DNA from: Octopus vulgaris
Lineage: Eukaryota
Length of the DNA stretch: 64,000 nt
Reading direction: 5' to 3'
Assembly (NCBI GenBank): GCA_951406725.2
Contig: OX597823.1
Coordinates: forward strand, 113,026,001-113,090,000
Below are positions 13,429 through 26,877 of the stretch, in pieces (the first letter of the stretch is position 1; each line of letters starts with the position of its first letter). The notes beneath the pieces were generated by a model. It was not told where the DNA came from. It did no database searches and saw nothing but the letters and a program-made list of their open reading frames with translations. A program made the translations under genes and the position numbers.

Positions 13429-13552
13429 ATGTTAAATGAAATGAGACAAGAAAGACACGTCAGTGTGAAATTTCTTGGACATTTATAAAGCGAAATGTAG
13501 TCTTACAGCTGTTTCAGGGATATGAAGGATATCCCTCTGATGAAGGGATATC
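13429..13552 (-). mobile_element. PLE-type 3' terminal repeat with HHR broken by an inversion
   Basis: Homologous to 14711-14829. Stem II-GAAA-cagctg-TA lies on the minus strand but CTGATGA-agggatatc is on the plus strand. Confidence 0.6.
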
Positions 13553-13807
13553 TTTTTCTACATCAGAATATTAAACACAACTCTTCAATTCCACTAAATG
13601 AGTATAATGAGGCCTTACATACATGCAAGCTCCTCTCTTTTCATACCTTCAAATTTTACCACAGATCTATATTCAACCTAAATCACCACTCAGTACATAT
13701 ACGGACCATCCTTTATGTAATATCCAGCAACCTGATCTGACTTGCCAATGCTTTAATAGTTTAACTTTTCAATTTTAATTTTTAATTGTTTAATAATATA
13801 TATGCAA

Positions 13808-13842
<35 letters not shown>

Positions 13843-14781
13843 TGTTTGTATGTATGTATGTACGTATGTATGTATGTAGGTAGGTAGGTATGTATGTATG
13901 TATACATGTAGGTATGCGTATGTGTATAGGCACATAAGTATGTGGGCCTATAAAGTAGTGCCTATACACATTTATATGTATATGTGTGCGCGTGTCCGTA
14001 TATCTATATACATATTTTTATTTCTTTCACTGATTCATCAGTCCCCACTATCACTTTAGCTAGTAGAATAATTGCCTACGTCTATTTTTAGAAACGTGAC
14101 CTTTATATCTTATTGTTCTTCCCTTCCTTTTTGAGGTGTACTACTCCCTTTTAGTACACCACTCCCGTACCATTTTCTTTCACTATCTCTCCACATTAGT
14201 GCGTTTCGAATATATCACCCCATCTTCCACTTCTTACACATATTCCATCATTAAACAACCAGCAACGATGTTGTTTCTCCCTCCACTTTGAAGAGAGGTT
14301 ATAGACGACCGCTGATTTGAGTCTGAAGAAACGCTATAGAGTTAAGTGCTTTATGGACGTGAAATCCTTAGTAACCCCATAGACCGCCGATATCTATATC
14401 AAATTACTGATCTATAACACACAGACGAAGGAGAGGTATTAAACGTAAGTGATTGTTACCCTTAGACCGGTATCCGTAATCGAACCTGTTGGCTTGTGAG
14501 TCCAAGTACTTCAGTAGGAATCTCTTGTAAGCAGGATCTGAAGACTTCTGTCCTGGAATTCACCAACTAGTAACGAGGTCGTTTCTTCCCCTACTTTAAA
14601 GAGAAGTTGCAGGCCACAGAAGAAGCGCTGTAAAGCTAAGCGCTTTGTGGTAGTGAAAACCAGAATAACCCAATAGACCAGTCATAACTATCTTTATCTA
14701 ATATGTGTGTATGTTAAATAAAATGAGATGAGAAAGCCAAGGCAGCGTGAAATTTCTAGGACATTTATAAGGGGAAAGGTA

Positions 14782-14829
14782 ATCTTACAGCTGTTTCAGG
14801 GACATGAGGGACATCGCTTCATCAGAGAT
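14782..14829 (-). ncRNA. Minimal type-I hammerhead ribozyme
   Basis: atct CTGATGA agcgatgt-ccctc-atgtccct GAAA cagctg TA agat. Confidence 0.8.
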
Positions 14830-17800
14830 GATATGAGAGAGTTAAATATAGGGAAATACTTAGAGTTCAACATAAGAAGTTATTTTGGAGTCGGAGAGAT
14901 ATAGGAAGTATATTGTCCATGGTATGGAAATTCCAACAGTAGTTCATATTTTGTTATTACAAATGGATAGTGTGCAGACATTAATTCCATATGCTGCTCA
15001 TTCAAAGGGGTCTTCTAGTTTGAATGAACTTTTGAGAGTGTGCTTCGCTTTCTTGGTCGGATCTACGGTCAAATTGGATCTGATATTTACGTAGCTATAG
15101 TATCCTACAAACACATGATAGCTTCATGATTGTCTTACCTCACTGGGAACCTATATTGTAGTACCTGATAATTTCGGATGTTCTATTGATGTGGCTAGAT
15201 TCAATTGAAAACTATAACTAATCTCTGTTTATCTGTGTCTCTCTCTTTGTGTGTATGTGTGTGTATAAGTGAGTGCGTGCCTGTTCGCGAGCGATGATGT
15301 GGATCTTGTGAGTATTAATAGATATATGAATATCTCCGCCGATAACTGGATTAAATCTATATATTTATTGTATATATCCTCCTTAACTTTACTGACACGC
15401 AAAGGAGAACTTGTTATAAGCAGAAAATTAGAAAGTAAAAACCGTATTATAGAAATATAGGTTTTAGATTTAGTTCAATAATTTTGAGCGGGTGATGATT
15501 AAACGATTACATGAACCCCATATGACTGGAGTCAACTCGGTAGTTGACAGAAGGCAAAGCCGACTACTGCGGCATTTGAACTAAGGTCGTAAAGTCGGAA
15601 AAAATGCCAAAGCGCATTATGTCTGGTGCGGTAAAGAAGCTACCTCCTTTAGATATTACAATGTTTGTTATTCGATGTTCTAATTATTCTGCCAGTCGCT
15701 GCATTAATTAGTTATTTAAATATTAATTTCTGTATGTTAATACAAAAGTACATTTCTTCTTACTTATCTTTTGTGCATAAATTTCATTCGAAAGAAAATG
15801 TTTTTGCTTATAGAAATATTTATAAGTCTATGAAAAGAATTGTGTTAATTAATTCAAATGAAATATTTTGGTCACAAAATATAATTTAGCTCACAAACAA
15901 ATGCTATAAGCTATCGTAGATATGATTAATAAATGAAATGAAGTATGAATAAATAATATTTTAAATTATTTCTGGGAATATTGAATATTTTCATTAGTTA
16001 TATTCCTCTGTGAATTTTAATTTAAAGGATAGTTATTCACGAAGGAAATATAGATTGCTTAATCTATAAAGAATTATATTTTTGGAAGGAACGGCCTTTA
16101 GTGCATAAATTGTTTTGATAAAGTTATATTCGCTAGCTATATTACTTACTCAAGCCATAGAATTTTTATCGGTGTTGCCAGTAATCATAATTTCTTCAAG
16201 TTTTACCCGTGGGAATTTCCCATTAGATAAATATCTTTTAATTTTATTTTGATGTATAAATTTGCCGATCTCCACAATAATATTTCATTATATTCAATAT
16301 TTCGATTATGCCTCCGATTTTGTTTGGTAATTAAGTAGTTTGGGGCGTTTTACTGAATATTCTTCATTACGTTAAATAGTTCGATTATATATCATCGCTT
16401 CGATTTCATTTTCAGATAATTATCTTAAAAGTGTAATACTCGAACACACATCGTGACAGAATTATAGACTTTTGGGTCAAGGTCACACGGAAACATAGTC
16501 GATTTGCATCGAAGTCAGTATTTTGCAAAGCTTATATTTCAGAACCCTGAATGACTAAAGATGATTTCGCGAGGATTCCAATATAAAAATGTATTGAGAC
16601 ATAGCTATATCATATAAGACGTTATGTGATGTAAGTCCATTTCTATTACCCAAACACATTCTCATGCGTTAAAATAACACCATTTTTAAAACGACAATGT
16701 GCCTTCCACTGACAATGTGAATATACCATATTTCATTCATGGCTAAACAAGAATAGATTAAGTATGCTGTATTCTTACGTTACTTAACGTTACTGACTTT
16801 CTGAGTCGTTTTTCTACGGAATCTATTAAATAAGACCGGTGTCATGCATAATCAAAATAGTCGCTTCATCAAACAATGCAGCCTTCTATAAGAAGGATTA
16901 CAACAGAAATTTTAACCATAACAAATGTGTGAGAATGTCCTAACTATATCCACACATCCCAGTATTTTTATTTTCTCTCCCATGCTTCTACCTCCATTCT
17001 TTGTAGTACTCTACTAATGTTCCTACTGAAATGGTAGTATGACATCCTAGTTGTGATAGTTAGAAATGAAACCGTAGATAGACTCTTTAACTCCCGTAAA
17101 ATTATTATTTCAACAGCTATGTTGGTGTAATTCCTTAATTTTTCAGCTCCCTTACTCAAAACATTTAAAGTTATTTGAAAATCTACTGATAATCTGTACG
17201 GTTTTAAGACAAATATCGCGGTATGTGAGTGCCTATCTGTAGGGTAATTAGAAACTTTCCATTGCTATTTCGTAAGAGAAGTGTGGGGTTCAGACGAATA
17301 CACCTGATATTTTCGACAGAGCAACTGAAATTTAGTGTTACGTACAATACCACCTACGGCAATTTTTGTGGTACAAGCTGTTAGTGTAGTGTAGTTTTTA
17401 GTCGATTTCTCGGAATGTCACTAAAGATGCAGTGGTGACAGAAAAACTGGGTTGTCCATTCTTTCTTTCTATCTACTTGAAGTAATTTAAAATTATTTAC
17501 CTAATTATGAAAGAAGTGTTAATCATATGTAAGCACCATCGATTTATAAACAACTGGAGGGCAGTTCTCCTCGGTTAAAATAAAATCAGTTATTAACAAA
17601 TGTATACAGACATTAATATGTGTAATGACTAGGAAACCTATTCAGCTTGACAGCCGTTAACCATGGAGTAAACAAGGACGGCTAAATGAGCCAACAAGAA
17701 TGCCACTTCGTGATTTCGATATGCAAGATATATAAGCTACAAATCACAGCTATATTTAAAGAAAGACTCTGGGTAATTTAATTTTGGGTGCAAAATACCT

Positions 17801-18213
17801 GAAGGGATCGCCACAGTTAGCTTTCATCGTAGAAATAGTTCAAGGTTCACCAAAAGCAAAGTAACACAAACTACAAGTACAAGAGCCAAGGAAGGATCTA
17901 TGTGGTTGGACCTTCTTCAAGTAGCACCATTTCGTTTTAAAGAAACAAAGAACAACTTGGAATGTCGCTTCGTGTACAGCAAAATTATTGAGGGACATGG
18001 GTAGGGAAAATTTTGCTACTAGTATGTCTGAAGAAACAGAGTTTACCTCGTACTAAAAACATTCAACAAAAACAGCAACGTTACAACTCAGTCGTTCAGC
18101 AACGCAATCGAAGTGTTGCTCACTGAAGCGTTTCCTATACATACATACATACATACATACATACATACATACATACATACATACATGCATACATACATAC
18201 ATACATACATACA

Positions 18214-18245
<32 letters not shown>

Positions 18246-18800
18246 AGTATATATACATACATACATATGAGAGGGTCTGTGTGTATGTATGTATATCTAC
18301 GTGTGAGAGAGAGACTAAACACACACTCAAATACACGTACACACACACACAAATATATATTAAAGCATCAAGTGGGATTTAATATTAAATAACAAACTAT
18401 GAAAGGAGGGAAAACAAAATAAAAGAACAAAAAAGAAATGAGCGGAAAAAGAACAAAGATCATGAAAAAAAAAATAGCGGAATGGAAAGAAAGTATAACA
18501 CAATGAATGAAAATGTGGAAAACAAGTAAAAATAGGAATATTTTCACTAAGTGACAAATTAGTTTTATTGACAGGCAGACAACAAGTAAAAATAGAAGCC
18601 ATTAGTTTCAGAGAGAATTTAATGGTTTTCATTATAGAAAACAATACGTATGTGCTATATTTGCATCCTGTTCTTGGAAATGTTGGTGCCAAAGATAAAT
18701 GCCTACTGACAGTAAGCGAAATGTTACCAAAAACATGATGTGCTGTAGACACCAGAGGGCAAGGAGTTGCGAAAGACGTCACACAAACACTAACCATAAA

Positions 18801-18862
<62 letters not shown>

Positions 18863-19027
18863 GCTATCTATCTATCTAGCTAGCTAGCTAGCTAGCTATC
18901 TATCTATCTCTGTGTGTATATATGTATCTATCTATCTGTCTATCTCTCTCTCTATATATATATACGTATACATATATCTATTTACACACAAACACACACA
19001 CACATACGGTTTTATGTGTGTTTACCT

Positions 19028-19095
<68 letters not shown>

Positions 19096-19116
19096 AACCA
19101 AATAACTGGAGTTGAA

Positions 19117-19162
<46 letters not shown>

Positions 19163-19267
19163 TGCATGTATATATAAGCATATATACATATATGTGCAGG
19201 CATTTACATATTTATGTCAGTATGTGTATGTGTGTATGTCTGAATGTTGTAGAACATGAATTGCATG

Positions 19268-19452
19268 GAGAAGAAGAAGAAGAAGAAGAAGAAGAAGAAG
19301 AAGAAGAAGAAGAAGAAGAAGAAGAAGAAGAAGAAGAAGAAGAAGAAGAAGAAGAAGAAGAAGAAGAAGAAGAAGAAGAAGAAGAAGAAGAAGAAGAAGA
19401 AGAAGAAGAAGAAGAAGAAGAAGAAGAAGAAGAAGAAGAAGAAGAAGAAGAA
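19268..19452. repeat. Long pure (GAA)n microsatellite (~60 units)
   Basis: Direct reading. Confidence 0.97.
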
Positions 19453-19787
19453 ACTCGTACGCAATACCAGAAGTAAAGATTTGTCATATCAAATACATAT
19501 CAGCACCAGTTACGCTGATTTTCAAGTGGCCTTGCGGACGATGTGAAAAAGATCGTAACACGGCCAAACACTCACAACATGCATACGTATTAATATACAC
19601 AATGCAAATGCATATATATTCATATCACATTTATATATGTATATGTATACGTATATATACATATATATGTGTGTGTCTGTGTGTGCATGTGTGTGTAAAT
19701 CTTCTTCTATACGTTTTTACCGAATATGGTTCTTTTCCATATTTTACCAAACTACTTGGTAAATTTATTATTAAATTAATAATTTTT

Positions 19788-19845
<58 letters not shown>

Positions 19846-20193
19846 ATGTGTGTGTATGTACATATATATATATATATAGGTATGTGTATATATATGTATA
19901 TATATGTATATATATATATGTATGTATAAATGCATATATATGTATATATGTGTATATACATACATACAAGTTGATAAATTGTCGCCGCTTCAGCATGGCT
20001 GTCCGTTCGAATGGACTCTATTGCGATTTTTTAAGGATCCCAAGAGAACAGCTCCTTTAGCCGGATACCGATGCAGAGTTGCATCCGATAAATTGGCAGC
20101 AGGATGCAGCACCGCACCGGTAACCAGCTAGAGGTGATGTTCTCTAGAGGAATAATAATTGCAGTGGTTCTGGGGCTGGTTTCGAACAATTTT

Positions 20194-20266
<73 letters not shown>

Positions 20267-20278
20267 CACACAAACACA

Positions 20279-20341
<63 letters not shown>

Positions 20342-20852
20342 GTAGAAAAGTGTGATTAAAAAGTATGATAAAGACAAAGAAAAGCATTAAGAGAGAAATT
20401 TGATAAATTTGGATTTGACTCGGCCAGAAATAACATGTCATATTTCGTTTGATGTTCTGTATACAGTTACTTCTATAATAATGCGCTACCAAAGATCACT
20501 CAGATTCTTTTGTAAAAGAACTAAAGTCACTGTTGATAGGCGGGTGGGAACCGAGAACAAAGATATCTTGTAACAACAGATTCAACAAATGACAACTTGT
20601 CCACTTACTAATGAAAGCTTGACCTTTTGCAGACCGATACTTTCCCAAACAATTGAAATCAACATTTGAACCACAGAATAAGTTATCCTCAGTTTTGTGG
20701 TTTGTTGGTTCTACTATCATCGTTGTTTCAAAGGACATTTCCTGGAAGATCCGGGGCCAGATTTCGTTCCCTATAGAATAACTGTTGATTTTAACCTCAT
20801 CTTTGTCATTTCCATTAATTCTACATTCCCAACGGTTGCTTTCGAGTTAAAA

Positions 20853-21109
<257 letters not shown>

Positions 21110-21110
<1 letters not shown>

Positions 21111-21372
21111 GCGGTGAGCTGGCAAGAACGTTAGCAAAGGCGGCGAGCTGGCAGAAACGTTAGCACGGTGGGCGAGATACTTAGCGGTATTTCGTCTGCC
21201 GTTACGTTCTGAGTTCAAATTCCGCCGAGGTCGACTTTGCCTTTCATCCTTTTGGGGTCGATAAATTAAGTACCAGTTACGCACTGGGGTCGATATAATC
21301 GACTTAATCCCTTTGTCTGTCCTTGTTTGTCCCCTCTATGTTTAGCCCCTTGTGGGTAGTAAAGAAATAGGT
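21110..21372 (+). mobile_element. SINE family A with duplicated 5' head
   Basis: gcggtgagctggcaagaacgttagca followed by ggcggcgagctggcagaaacgttagcac and a complete body. Confidence 0.9.
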
Positions 21373-21778
21373 AGTGACTGTATTAGCAGCAACAACAACA
21401 ACACTATCACCAACACAGAAAAAAAACATAAAAGAAAGATCAAGTGAAAATAACAACGCCAATACCTCCACCGCCATTGCAAATGCCAACAATGAGTAAG
21501 AGAATCAGGAAACAGAAAATGAGCAAGAAAATCAAGAAAAGAAAAGAAGAATATTTTCTCACAGAGCACAAAGAAATTTGTTTCTACTACCGTTAAGTAG
21601 TAGAAATGGCTAAAAAAAATTTTTTTGGCTGCTATTTCTACTAAGTTCAGTATGTGGCAAAGTAATTTATTTTACTAAGCCCTAATTATATAATGTAATA
21701 TTTTGAATTCGCCTTAAATGGTCCTTTTACATACTGAACACTTGGTGAAATTGATTAATTAATTTTACATTTAATTGT

Positions 21779-21814
<36 letters not shown>

Positions 21815-21910
21815 CAATTTGGCGCGAATACGTCAGTCTTGAAAATTTTAAGACAGATATTCCGTAGGCATCGATACAGACGCCTCGTGTATATTTGTCT
21901 CTCCCAGGTT

Positions 21911-22008
21911 TTTTACTGATGAAGTGTAACCTATGGTAGATTGGCTTAATTTAATTTAATTAAGCTAATTTAATCATTAATGACACAGAAACGATGCATC
22001 GTCTAAAA
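21911..22008 (+). ncRNA. Type-I hammerhead ribozyme with long stem II
   Basis: tttta CTGATGA agtgt...(inner hairpin ggcttaatt/aattaagct)...acaca GAAA cgatgcatcg TC taaaa, inside a ~420-bp unit bounded by (TA)n. Confidence 0.75.
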
Positions 22009-22481
22009 GATGAATTAGGGTAAATGTTTTTAAATTTTCACCTAATTTCTGAATTACTACTACTTGGCGGTGTGAGTTATGGCTGCTCTTTCTGGTGGAC
22101 GAATGACCTGTTAGGGTCACTCCTAAATTGTTATATTTATATATTTAGTCGTTGACTATTTTCTCTTTTCCACTAGGCCGCTGGTAGCGATAAATTTCTA
22201 TTGAATTTTTTTGCTACCCTAAATTGACTAATATATATATATATATATATTATATACTTTATGCACAATTATATGGACTTAATACTCAGCCCTCATAGAA
22301 TAAATATTCACTCTTATTTTTCCATTTTTCCCATAATGAGAAAAATTGACATGCTCACAATTTCACGGGGGTAAAAATGTAATGCAACATGGCATTCTCT
22401 GAAAAACACACCGTAGGTAAGTTATAAGCTAAGGGGATGGATCAGATCCAATACACTCTTCAATTTGTGTACAACTTTCAA

Positions 22482-22745
22482 TTCAATACTTCTTTACGGA
22501 CTATGGTCTTTTAATAAGTTCGCCCTCTTCGTTTCCCTTGTTTGTCAGTGTTGATAACTTTAACTCTCACATCAGATAATGAGCGAGCTTTTGAGAATGC
22601 AGCATATTGCTGACCATGGCCAAATATACGTTGAGGCAAGAACAGCCCCACTTTATCAAATGCCTGCCCTTGTGATTTATTCATAGTCATTGCATATGAC
22701 AAGTGAACGGGAAACTGGTTTCGTTCTAAAGTGAATGGTAAGTTT
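22482..22745 (-). pseudogene. Helitron RepHel PIF1-type helicase C-terminal fragment
   Basis: LPFTLERNQFPVHLSYAMTMNKSQGQAFDKVGLFLPQRIFGHGQQYAAFSKAR...TY*KTIVRKEVL (helicase motifs V/VI). Confidence 0.88.
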
Positions 22746-23089
22746 GGGATGCAAATGTGTTAAGTAACAGGTGATATAAAATGCATAGTTGAATTAAAAG
22801 AAAATTACTTTTCGCTGTGCACTCACCATCACCACCACTCCCTGTTTTCTTTCTCCCTCTTTTTTCTCTAAACACGTGAAAGCGTTACTGACGGGCTAAA
22901 TAACGTAATAACAGGCAGAATTATTATAAGATGGAAGAAGGGTGACCCTTAAGACTCCTGATGACATTGTGCAGGACACACTGAGAAAAACTATGACTTA
23001 TAAAACAATAGGTGTTCAAAGTCGTTGATTGGAAGTAACAACACAACAAATTTTTTAAAATGTCTAAGTCAAATGTGGGACACTAAAGC

Positions 23090-23455
23090 CTACGTTGCAA
23101 GGGGGAAATATATGGCACAGTAGGGGTGAGCTTTGTTACAAAGGAGGAGAAAGAGGAAGCACTCCACTTTGTCCTTAGAAAATGAGGACCTCTTTCTTGT
23201 ACCCAAATACCTGAGTCGTACATTGGCAAAAATAAAAATAAGTGACATACCACCAGAAATAGACATCTGCTGGTTGGCGGCAGCTGTCTTCCTTAACACA
23301 GAGAACAAAACAAACATCCTACAGGTGCAGAAACTGCACAAGCAAAACTGGTTTGGGCAAACCTTAGAGTTGTGGGTAGAAATGGATAACAAATATTTTG
23401 AAGCAATTCTGAATATCACAAATTTACCAGATGGCACCAACTTCCACCTGGCCTA
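23090..23455 (+). pseudogene. Probable LINE ORF1-like fragment
   Basis: Non-repetitive open frame LFLVPKYLSRTLAKIKISDIPPEIDICWL...LELWVE resembling RRM-like retrotransposon ORF1 segments, interrupted by a SINE. Confidence 0.4.
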
Positions 23456-23464
23456 TTATGGGTT

Positions 23465-23852
23465 ACTGCTGTTGCTGTTGCTGTTGAGCGAACGGTCTTC
23501 GTCCCAGAGCTCGCAAGATCGGAGAAGTCCGAAACGTGGTCCTTTGCTATTCGTAAGACCCGCAGAAGAGAAAACAGGTCAATCCCCGACACCGAGCGCA
23601 TCGACGGATGGATGAATGCGCATCCAGGCTCAGCGATTGCGTAGGAAGTCGGGGACAAGAAACAGGAAGAAAGAGTGAGAGAAAGTTGGGGCGAAAAAGT
23701 ACAACAGGGGTCGCCACCACCCCCTGCCGGAGCCTCGTGGAGTTTTAGGTGTTTTCGCTCAATAAACACACACAACGCCCGGGTTTGGGAATCGAAACCG
23801 CGTTCCTCTGATCACGAGTCCGCTGCCCAAACCACTGGGCCATTGCGCCTCC
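23465..23852 (-). mobile_element. tRNA-derived SINE family D
   Basis: Minus strand ggaggcgcaatggcccagtggtttgggcagcggactcgtgatc...ggtttcgattccc (A/B boxes), a GC-rich body and a (CAACAG)n tail. Confidence 0.8.
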
Positions 23853-24698
23853 TGCTATTGTTGCTACTACTGTTGGTGCTGCTATGACCGTTATTGCTAC
23901 TAGTGTTACTGTTGTTTTTGCAGCTATAGTGATCACCTGCCTGTGTTGTAGCTGTTTTGGTGTCATCAAAGTAGTAGATGATCCCTTCTCACTTTCAGTC
24001 TGAGAAGAAGGCATTTGTATGGTTGTATTTTCAAAATTTATTAAATATTGAAACGTTTGTGTTATGTAATATCTGTTTAAATGAATCAGCAAAGGGTTGC
24101 TTTGCTCTTATGTTTCTCACCCATTTGGAATTGAAGTTCTTTTATTTCTTATTCCTTTGAGCCATGCAGCTGCGGATCTTATTGCGGATTCAGTAAAATG
24201 TAAGTTTTACAAATATGACACTGGCTTCAGCAGTCAACAAGTTAAGAAGAAAAGCAGGCGATAACTCGCCGCAAGGACAAGTACAGAACATTGAAGAAAG
24301 AATAATTCCTTCGAAAAAAACATTTCGTTATTTCATAAACAGATAATAAAGCTTTCAGTTCATTACCGACTAGAATAGGCATCATTATTACATTAGTTGT
24401 ACCTTAGCATTACAAGTACCCATCCCAAATATTTACTGATATCCTTTTAAAATAGAATTTTGCCTCCACATTATTATGTAACAAATTGATATCCTTTAAA
24501 CATCAATTCATATTTTCATGAAGGAATCTTTAACTAATTTGAAAATTCATTCGTTAAAAATTTGATCGTTTTCTCTACAACCACTTTGTCAATGTATATT
24601 TCGTGAATACAACATTTAGATTATCAAATCTTTGGTAAGAAAATATTCCGAGGCAAATATGTGCATTATTAATATAGTAGATTAATTCAATTTAAGAG

Positions 24699-24955
24699 AT
24701 AAAGTGCTTTGCTGAATAAATACAACCTGCTAATAATTATCATATTGTAGAATTATAATAAGTTAATCAATCCACTATTATGTTATAATTATATGTAATT
24801 ATCAGTTTACGCTTGCAATTCTAATATGTCGGTAATATTACAGAAAATAAAAGTTAATAAATATGTTCATTCTACATTAAGTTTTTGGTTTATATAATCC
24901 ATAGTTCACACAAACAATTTTAATAAATTGGCAATAAAAAGAGAAATTATAGTTC
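24699..24955. repeat. Inverted duplication, arm 1 (arm 2 at 27484-27740)
   Basis: Long near-identical reverse-complement match, e.g. ggtaatattacagaaaataaaagttaataaatatgttcattctacattaagtttttggtttatataatccata. Confidence 0.92.
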
Positions 24956-25189
24956 AGAAAATATAAATCTGTACAAATAAAAATAACCATCTCATAAATT
25001 TCACAATAAATAAATTTCCTTTAATTATATTTCAAAAATAAACAGGATAGCATAAAACAGTTAATACAAATTAATGTTTGTGTATGATTCATGTGTATTA
25101 CTGAGCTTGAGATATTCCTTATAAATTAAGCCTATCATGTTTTAATTATAATCAGATTGTAAAATTCTGAGAGCAAGGAGTAATAAAGT

Positions 25190-25720
25190 CTTCTACTTTT
25201 ATACACAAGGCCAGCAACTTTGATGGGAATAAGATAGTCATCACCATCAATCTCAGTGCTTGGATGGTACTTTTATTTACCGATTCTGGAAGGATGAATA
25301 ATAAAGATCACTACCGTTTGATTTAAATTCAGAATGTAGAGCAAAAACATATATCGCTTTTACTATAGGCACAAGGCCTGAAATTTGGAGGGGGGACAGT
25401 GGCTTAAATCGACCCCAATACTTAACTGGTATTTATCTTACCAACGCCGAAAGGCTGGAAAGCAAAGTCGACCTCTGCAGAATTTGGACTCATAACATGA
25501 AGGCAGATGAAATGCCACTAAGCAGTTTGCTCGGTATGCGAACGATTCTGCCTGTTCAACGCTTTAGAAACAACACTGCTACTACTACTACTAATAATAA
25601 AAATAATAGTAAGTAGAATCCTTTCTACAATAGGTACAAGGCCTAAAATTTGGGGGAGGGGGATAGTCGATTACATCAACCTCAGTACTTCACTGGTACT
25701 TCATTTATCGACCCCGAAAT
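25190..25720 (-). mobile_element. Cluster of three diverged or partial SINE family A copies
   Basis: Repeated tactataggcacaaggcc...aaattt...ggggga...tcgacccc...actggtac segments. Confidence 0.75.
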
Positions 25721-25751
25721 AAGAATAAGAATAAGAATAAGAATAAGAATA

Positions 25752-26081
25752 ATGGGGGATCATCATAGCCATGTGTTGAGAGGAATTATTTGGGGTTTGG
25801 AAAATGCGCTTTTGGAAACACGGGTGTTTCGTTCAATATCCTCAAACAACCTTTACTCAGGGACCTTTTGAACGGGATGGGCTACTCGATGTAAAGAAAA
25901 TTCTAATTGGGCCTCATCTGCAATATCATGCGCTGTTTATCTTGATATGAGATCACCATGTCGCGCACACAGGGTTGTGACTCATATGCTTGGTATATCC
26001 TTAGCAGACGGGTAGTTATGATGGGTGTATTGGCCTTCGTATACTTCTACCACAGTGTCACTTTGATGACATGCACTGCTC

Positions 26082-26128
<47 letters not shown>
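25752..26128 (+). mobile_element. Probable LINE 3' UTR remnant with (AAT)n tail
   Basis: GC-richer ~330-bp block ending ...tgcactgctc-(aat)n, the typical end of a non-LTR element. Confidence 0.5.
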
Positions 26129-26130
<2 letters not shown>

Positions 26131-26448
26131 CGTGGCTCAGTGGTTAGGAATATTTGGCCCACGATCGTAAAATCATGAGTACGATTCTCTGTGGCGCGCT
26201 GTGTTTTTGAGCGAGGTACTCTACTTCACCTTGCTGCAGTCCACTCAGCTGGGAAAAAAGAAGTCGTAGCTGTACTTCAAAGGGGCCAGCCTTGTCACAT
26301 TCTGTGTGACGCTGAATCTCGCTGAGAACTACCTTATGGGATGTATGTCTGTGGAGTACTCAGCCACTTGCGAATTAATTTTACCAGCTGACTGTTCGTT
26401 GATCAGATAAACAGGAACCTCGTCGACGTAACCGACAGAGCGCCACTT
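26128..26448 (+). mobile_element. tRNA-derived SINE family C
   Basis: gcgtggctcagtggttagg...gagtacgattc head and ccactcagctgg...ccagccttgtcacattctgtg body. Related partial copies at 27140-27292, 43915-44104 and 59420-59625. Confidence 0.8.
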
Positions 26449-26482
26449 TTTTTAAATCAGTGAATGGAGAGGAAATGTTACA

Positions 26483-26877
26483 TCTTTATATATAAAAGTG
26501 AGGTTGTATGCTGTCTGTCTCCTACGATTTAGATTCCTAACTACTCCCACATTGTGCGGTGCAGTTTAACCAAAAGCGGGTATCTTATAGTCATGATTCA
26601 TATCGAACCCTTCTGGGTATTAGCGCGCGTCTACGATGAGTCTACGATTTAAAAAAAAAATTACCATCAATTTTTCCCATTTTTAATCCATTTTTGGCAT
26701 ATATAAGGGAAGTAACTCTCTAAAATTTTATTATTAAATCTCAGAACGTAAAAAGCTACAGTAACCCCCCCCCTTGTGGTTAGCCATATTGAGATGGCTA
26801 TTATACTTTACATCTCTAAAAATGCATATATAGTTATTTCCCTTACAAACCCGAGCAACGCCGGGCGATACTGCTAG
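26483..26877 (+). mobile_element. Non-autonomous Helitron
   Basis: A|TCtttatatataaaag...cccgagcaacgccggg-cgatactg-CTAG|T; sister of 6507-6890. Confidence 0.88.

Noticed and set aside
22953-23000. Hammerhead ctgatga cattgtg...cacactga gaaa
   Set aside because: The core and a weak stem II are present, but there is no stem I/III pairing or UH in register.
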